Below are positions 27,546 through 32,000 of a DNA stretch of 32,000 bases, one piece after another. This stretch comes from Candidatus Kuenenia stuttgartensis (GTDB lineage Bacteria > Planctomycetota > Brocadiia > Brocadiales > Brocadiaceae): NCBI RefSeq assembly GCF_900232105.1, contig NZ_LT934425.1:3660001-3692000 (forward strand), written 5' to 3'. The translations under genes were made by a program, and so were the position numbers. The notes beneath the pieces were generated by a model. The model searched no databases. It had not been told where the DNA came from and saw only the letters and a program-made list of their open reading frames with translations. How positions within the stretch are numbered: position 1 is the first letter of the stretch; the number at the start of each line of letters is the position of its first letter.

Positions 27546-28023
27546 TATTTGGTACAAAATCTCACATTATTTGAATTTAGAATTTTTTATTTGTTGTAAA
27601 CGTCACCCCACCTTTAAAAAATGCATTTAATGATAAATTTATAACTATTCTAATTCAAACACTTTAGAGAAGAATTTTGTGTAGAGGCGCACAGCCGTGC
27701 GCCTCTATACAAATTAAATGTTAATTATAATTTCAAATTATTTTGTCATTAGAATCTGCTTCGGATTTCGTAATTTTATCATAGTACATAATTCATGGCA
27801 TGCTGATTGCTCAAAAGAAAGGCCGTATTAATTATTTTTTTACAATTGTTTGGAGGAATTATGATGGGAAAGCATAAAAAGATTTTTTCAGAATATTATA
27901 ACGATAATGACAGAGAAGAACTTTATGATACCCTGGATGCCTTACATGTTCTTATGGAAGGAGACAGGGAATTTAGATATGGCGACCTTCTCTCAGAGAT
28001 GGATCAAATAAACAAGCATTAAC

Positions 28024-28110
28024 GTAGGGGCTAAGCATGTATAAGTTTGGGTATGAACGCATTTGTGACAATTTATAGCAAATGCCTCATCCCTACATCG
28101 GGTTATATCG
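28024..28110. repeat. Degenerate copy of the GTAGGGGCGAAGCAT palindrome
   Basis: CGTAGGGGCTAAGCATG...AGCAAATGCCTCATCCCTAC. Confidence 0.5.
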
Positions 28111-28209
28111 CAAGGTATAATAATTGGACATTACAATGACTTGTTTTGTGAGAAAATACGATACAACGTATTTTGAAACGCAGGTTTTGCATTATTGCGG
28201 ATACACTCA

Positions 28210-29511
28210 CTACCTGAGCTTGATCTTCATTTTTCGATTAATTTCCGCTTCCTGCCGTAGATTATTTGCCTCATTTTTTAACGCTCGTAAATCATTTAAC
28301 ATTTCCGGCCAACAATGAGAATACGCATAATTTACATTCATATGATGAAGCGCTTTTCCGGCAATAGCCGCATGGCGTTTTGTCAGACGTATAAAAATAC
28401 CTTCCGCCTTTGAAACAGTGCTGTGCAAGGGGTATTCTCCTGTAAAATATGCATGCTCAGGATAACTGCTATTTAGCGGTATTGTCAATTCAGGTAAGAG
28501 TAGTTTCTCCCTGTCAAGCGCCAACACTAACCCTTCTGCCTCTTTTACTACCGTATTAAATACCTTTTGCGCATTTTTTGCGCTCACCAGCGCATCTTTT
28601 GAAAAAGCTGGGGAGTGGCATTTATTGCATAGCACCAACATATCATTTTTCTCTTTCCATGAATCTTCTTTATTGAAGCCTTTCTCTTCTTCTTTCTCTG
28701 AATAGGGTGATTTACCGCCCATTTTGCCGGATAGTCTGAAGCGTGTATCATGTGTGCCGTCAGGCATATGGCACGTTACACAAACGGGTGATGATAAGTA
28801 AGCGGATTTGGAATAGCCCTCTTTTGCAGATCGAATAGCGGAACTCACCAAACCATGCTTAGAATTCATATAGATTTCATACTGCGGATGATCAGAACCG
28901 GTGTGGCAGACGCCACAAACAGCGGGAGATTTTATGTGAGACTGGCCGGTTACATGCTGTGTATGGCATGAATTGCATTTAAATTGTATAGTATGACATG
29001 ATTCGCAGGAAGTTAAAAGATTGTCTGACGAGAATGGAACATTTTTTTGGAAATCAACCACTGAATCCCAACTGGATGAGTGGCTGCTTTGCATGAACTC
29101 ATTGTATTGTTTCATGTGACAGCGTCCACAAATCTGTGGAGATACCATACGTTGAACGCCTTTGTCAGAACAACTGGTTTCTTTTTTTTGAAATGACTCT
29201 TTTTCTGTTTTGTCAAATTCAGGAGAAACAGCGTGACAGTCCTTGCAGCCGACATTCATTACGGCGTGTTTGTTAGTTTGCCATTCGACATTCAGATGAT
29301 GAGCAACGTTGGATTTTTTATGACATGAGATGCAGTGTAACGACTCTTCCACGGCAACGTTTTTTTCTTCTTTTGGTTTAACCACTTCAAGGGTTGGAAC
29401 ATTTGTATGTTCATTCTGTGTGGCACAGCCCGGAAAGAAGAGCAAACAGGAAATAACAATGAGGGATGTTTGCAAATACATAAAAGTTTTAACAGGGATT
29501 GGAGCAGACAT
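28210..29511 (-). CDS. Octaheme cytochrome c, HAO-like family
   Basis: Eight CxxCH motifs (CISCH, CKDCH, CGRCH, CESCH, CNSCH, CGVCH, CVTCH, CNKCH) and a lipoprotein-like FFPGC signal. Confidence 0.85.
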   Translation of the reverse strand: MSAPIPVKTFMYLQTSLIVISCLLFFPGCATQNEHTNVPTLEVVKPKEEKNVAVEESLHCISCHKKSNVAHHLNVEWQTNKHAVMNVGCKDCHAVSPEFDKTEKESFQKKETSCSDKGVQRMVSPQICGRCHMKQYNEFMQSSHSSSWDSVVDFQKNVPFSSDNLLTSCESCHTIQFKCNSCHTQHVTGQSHIKSPAVCGVCHTGSDHPQYEIYMNSKHGLVSSAIRSAKEGYSKSAYLSSPVCVTCHMPDGTHDTRFRLSGKMGGKSPYSEKEEEKGFNKEDSWKEKNDMLVLCNKCHSPAFSKDALVSAKNAQKVFNTVVKEAEGLVLALDREKLLLPELTIPLNSSYPEHAYFTGEYPLHSTVSKAEGIFIRLTKRHAAIAGKALHHMNVNYAYSHCWPEMLNDLRALKNEANNLRQEAEINRKMKIKLR

Positions 29512-29551
29512 TTTTATTCTCCTTACAAATCATTTCGTAAAAATATGAAGA

Positions 29552-30346
29552 TTATTCAGACAACAATGCCCACATCCGGCATTGTCCTCCCGAACCTCCC
29601 TCTATTTTAATCGGTGCGAGGATAAGTATGATGCCTTTTGGCGGCAATTTGTCGAGGTTTGCTACATTTTCAAGTATGTACTTGCCTGCGCCATTTATTA
29701 TATGATGCACCTGAAAGTCTGAACACATGCCGCAATCTCCGCTTAAGGTATCAATGCCAATGCCCTTTATTTCTCTTTGCTGTATTAAAAAAAGCGCCGC
29801 TTCTTTAGAATAGCCGGGGAAATGCATCCTGTTGCAGTTGTCCATATTTTTGTATTGTTCATTATTATCCCATCGCTTGCTCCATCCGGTATAAAGCAAA
29901 ACAATGGCCCCATGAGGAATTGTGCCGTGTTCTTTTTCCCAGTGCAGTATATCTTCGGCAGACAGTGTGTAATCCTGGTTTCTTTTTACCTTTTCCTGTA
30001 TGTTAATCACAATGGCGGGGCCGACTAATTGTTCGAATGGTATTTGGTCTACGGAAGATTGATTCGGCTCAAAATGATTTGGTGCGTCAATATGTGTGCC
30101 TAAATGTTCCGGTGTGCTGTATTTTCCCGAAAAGACCTTGTCTTTTCTTAATGAAGCGATTACTTCATATTTGAATGGTTCATATGCCCCTACAGGCCAG
30201 TGCGCATTTTTTTCGTTTAGTGGATAAGTTAAATCGATAATTGATGCCTTGCCGTCCATCACCTTCTCCAGAATCCCTGCGGATATGTCTGATGTAATGC
30301 AGGACAATGCAATGCAGGTAAAAAGGGGTATGAAAACCATTTTCAT
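29552..30346 (-). CDS. Cyclase / kynurenine formamidase-like metal-dependent hydrolase, secreted
   Basis: IIDLTYPLNEKNAHWP...STPEHLGTHIDAPNHFEPNQSSVDQIPFEQLVGPAIVINI...GIGIDTLS. Start set at MKMVFIPL. Confidence 0.85.
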   Translation of the reverse strand: MKMVFIPLFTCIALSCITSDISAGILEKVMDGKASIIDLTYPLNEKNAHWPVGAYEPFKYEVIASLRKDKVFSGKYSTPEHLGTHIDAPNHFEPNQSSVDQIPFEQLVGPAIVINIQEKVKRNQDYTLSAEDILHWEKEHGTIPHGAIVLLYTGWSKRWDNNEQYKNMDNCNRMHFPGYSKEAALFLIQQREIKGIGIDTLSGDCGMCSDFQVHHIINGAGKYILENVANLDKLPPKGIILILAPIKIEGGSGGQCRMWALLSE

Positions 30347-30382
30347 AACAAACTTCCTTCCATGGATTAATGAAAATAAAAG

Positions 30383-30479
30383 CAGGGGGCGAAGCATTAG
30401 CTATAAATTGGCATAAATGCGTTCGTGCCCAAACTGGCAAATGCTTCGCCCCTACTTTTTCAAAAAACTAAATTGTTAC
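30383..30479. repeat. MITE-like palindrome copy with one IS66-like terminus
   Basis: AGGGGGCGAAGCATTAGC ... GCAAATGCTTCGCCCCTACTTTTTCAAAAAACTAAATTGTTAC. Confidence 0.6.
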
Positions 30480-30690
30480 GAGAAAATTTGCACTATAATT
30501 CAATCAAAGACAAAAGTGTAGCATATCTTATCGATTCATACCGGCGGAGTTCAATAATTATCTTTTTTTATTTATTTTAAGGTGTATATGTATTTAAATA
30601 ACAAACAGTAACTGTGGTTTTTATGAAAAAGGTATAATTCCCGGCAGATAATTTGTTATTTTTGAGTACTGGTTTTAGAGGATACTAATT

Positions 30691-31719
30691 ATGCGTAAAA
30701 TGGCAATGTATGGTTTTGTATTATTATTGGCGCTTGTTGTGGGAAATGCTATTGATGGAATTGCAGATGATAAGATACAGGGTGATGGCAGATTAAAAAA
30801 TGCTGAAAGCATTGCTCCGGCTATACAATTTGATGCATATACCCATGATTTTGGGAAGATTTATAGTGGTGAAAAAGTTATCCATAAATTTAAATTCAAA
30901 AATCATGGCGACGGTGAATTGATAATCGATAAGGTGAAATCTGCATGCGGTTGTACGGCGGCATTAAGTACAAAGAAAAATATCAAAAAAAATGAAGAGG
31001 GAGAAATCGAGGTAAAATTCAATTCCGGCAAGTACGTTGGTAAAATAGCAAAATCAATATTTGTGCATTCAAATGACCCCGTTAATCCAAAGGTTAAATT
31101 GGTCATTGAAATGAATATAATTGAAGAAGTAAGCGTTACTCCTAAGCGAATTAATTTTGGCGTCATCAGAATGGGTAGTCCTTGTTCAGTAAATCTCGAA
31201 ATAAAAACATTACCCGGTTCAAGGATAAAAATATTGAATGTTGAAACAAATTTTCCCTATATAAAACTAAAGGATAAAGAGAAAAGTGGAGATGTTTGGA
31301 ATTATGAGGTTGCGTTAAGAGGTGTTGAAGAGCTTGGAAAGTTTAACGGTTTTATTTTTGTTCATACAAATAGCGAAAAGAAACCAAAGATTGATATCCC
31401 TTTTAACGGCGAGGTGATAGGTGATATTACGTATTACCCGAATAAACTGTCCTTTGGAACAGTCAGGAAAAACCGGGAAGTTAAAAAAACGGTTATTGTT
31501 ACCTTAGTGGATAAAAGTGTAGAAATTGAAAAAATAGAAATAGAGCCTGCATTTATGACATATAATATTTCTCCGCTGAATGATGATAGCCGGGTAATCA
31601 GTGTGCATATGAATCAGGGAGATTTTACCGGAACGGTAAACGGCAGTTTGTTGATCTATTCGAATAGCTCTCTTCAGCCTGAGATTTGTATCCCTATTTC
31701 GGCGACAATAAATGATTGA
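30691..31719 (+). CDS. Secreted DUF1573-domain protein
   Basis: FDAYTHDFGKIYSGEKVIHKFKFKNHGDGELIIDKVKSACGCTAALSTKKNIKKNEEGEIEVKFNSGKYVGKIAKSIFVHSNDP. Confidence 0.85.
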   Translation: MRKMAMYGFVLLLALVVGNAIDGIADDKIQGDGRLKNAESIAPAIQFDAYTHDFGKIYSGEKVIHKFKFKNHGDGELIIDKVKSACGCTAALSTKKNIKKNEEGEIEVKFNSGKYVGKIAKSIFVHSNDPVNPKVKLVIEMNIIEEVSVTPKRINFGVIRMGSPCSVNLEIKTLPGSRIKILNVETNFPYIKLKDKEKSGDVWNYEVALRGVEELGKFNGFIFVHTNSEKKPKIDIPFNGEVIGDITYYPNKLSFGTVRKNREVKKTVIVTLVDKSVEIEKIEIEPAFMTYNISPLNDDSRVISVHMNQGDFTGTVNGSLLIYSNSSLQPEICIPISATIND

Positions 31720-31865
31720 AGTGGTAAATAATTCTTACGGTAGTTTCTCAATAAGTTTTGGTAGGGGTTGTCAAAAAAATAAAAACTGCTCCCGTTTCCA
31801 ATTAAGCTCCGGTTTCGGATAGAAAAAAGAATGTGTAACACTGTTACAAATGTTACAATATTTTT

Positions 31866-32000
31866 ATGAAAAAATATTATAACGCCATATTTCTCCTTGT
31901 TTTCATTTCTCTGATCGCAAAAACCGGCAGTTCTTCCGATAGATTCGTTTTAATATTTTTCGGTGAAGAGCAAGGCGCCCTTGCCCCCTGCGGTTGTTTT
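31866..32000 (+). CDS. Start of a secreted protein, partial (runs off the right edge)
   Basis: ATG AAA AAA TAT ... MKKYYNAIFLLVFISLIAKTGSSSDRFVLIFFGEEQGALAPCGCF; signal peptide, open to the window end. Confidence 0.6.
   Translation, partial: MKKYYNAIFLLVFISLIAKTGSSSDRFVLIFFGEEQGALAPCGCF

Overview
This window probably comes from an anammox-type planctomycete; that placement is inferred from two octaheme HAO-like proteins, a DUF1573 protein and the sequence style. Both ends hold ordinary chromosomal genes: a Tat-signal DUF362 protein, PpiC, a PNPOx-like protein, TauE/SafE, GAF-GGDEF and an octaheme cytochrome on the left, and RNase R, an HD/OB exonuclease-like protein, a second octaheme cytochrome, a cyclase and DUF1573 on the right. 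The accessory core (about 7.6-20 kb) appears to be a broken integron gene-cassette array with no integrase in the window. I recognise six attC-like sites (minus strand 8809-8870 and 9526-9585; plus strand 13985-14072, 16501-16559, 17524-17583 and 19343-19472). In four cases the R'' box of a site complements the R' heptamer at the start of the same cassette (three 7/7, one 6/7), which closes individual cassettes. One closed cassette (about 14067-16553) holds five tightly packed genes, four of them TIR-like. It is followed by a one-gene TIR-like cassette and preceded by a GmrSD-like DUF262/DUF1524 gene whose 3' end lies in an attC. HicAB and MazEF-like modules surround this core. I regard the multi-TIR cassette as the best candidate for an undescribed anti-phage system. 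The array is broken up by two copies of a REP-associated (Y1/HUH) transposase, four related hairpin repeats, an IS630 element and a decayed group II intron 3' end that keeps a 34-nt domain V. Downstream is a complete IS66-type element carrying a DruA-like (DUF4338) gene, with 28-bp perfect inverted repeats and an 8-bp target duplication.
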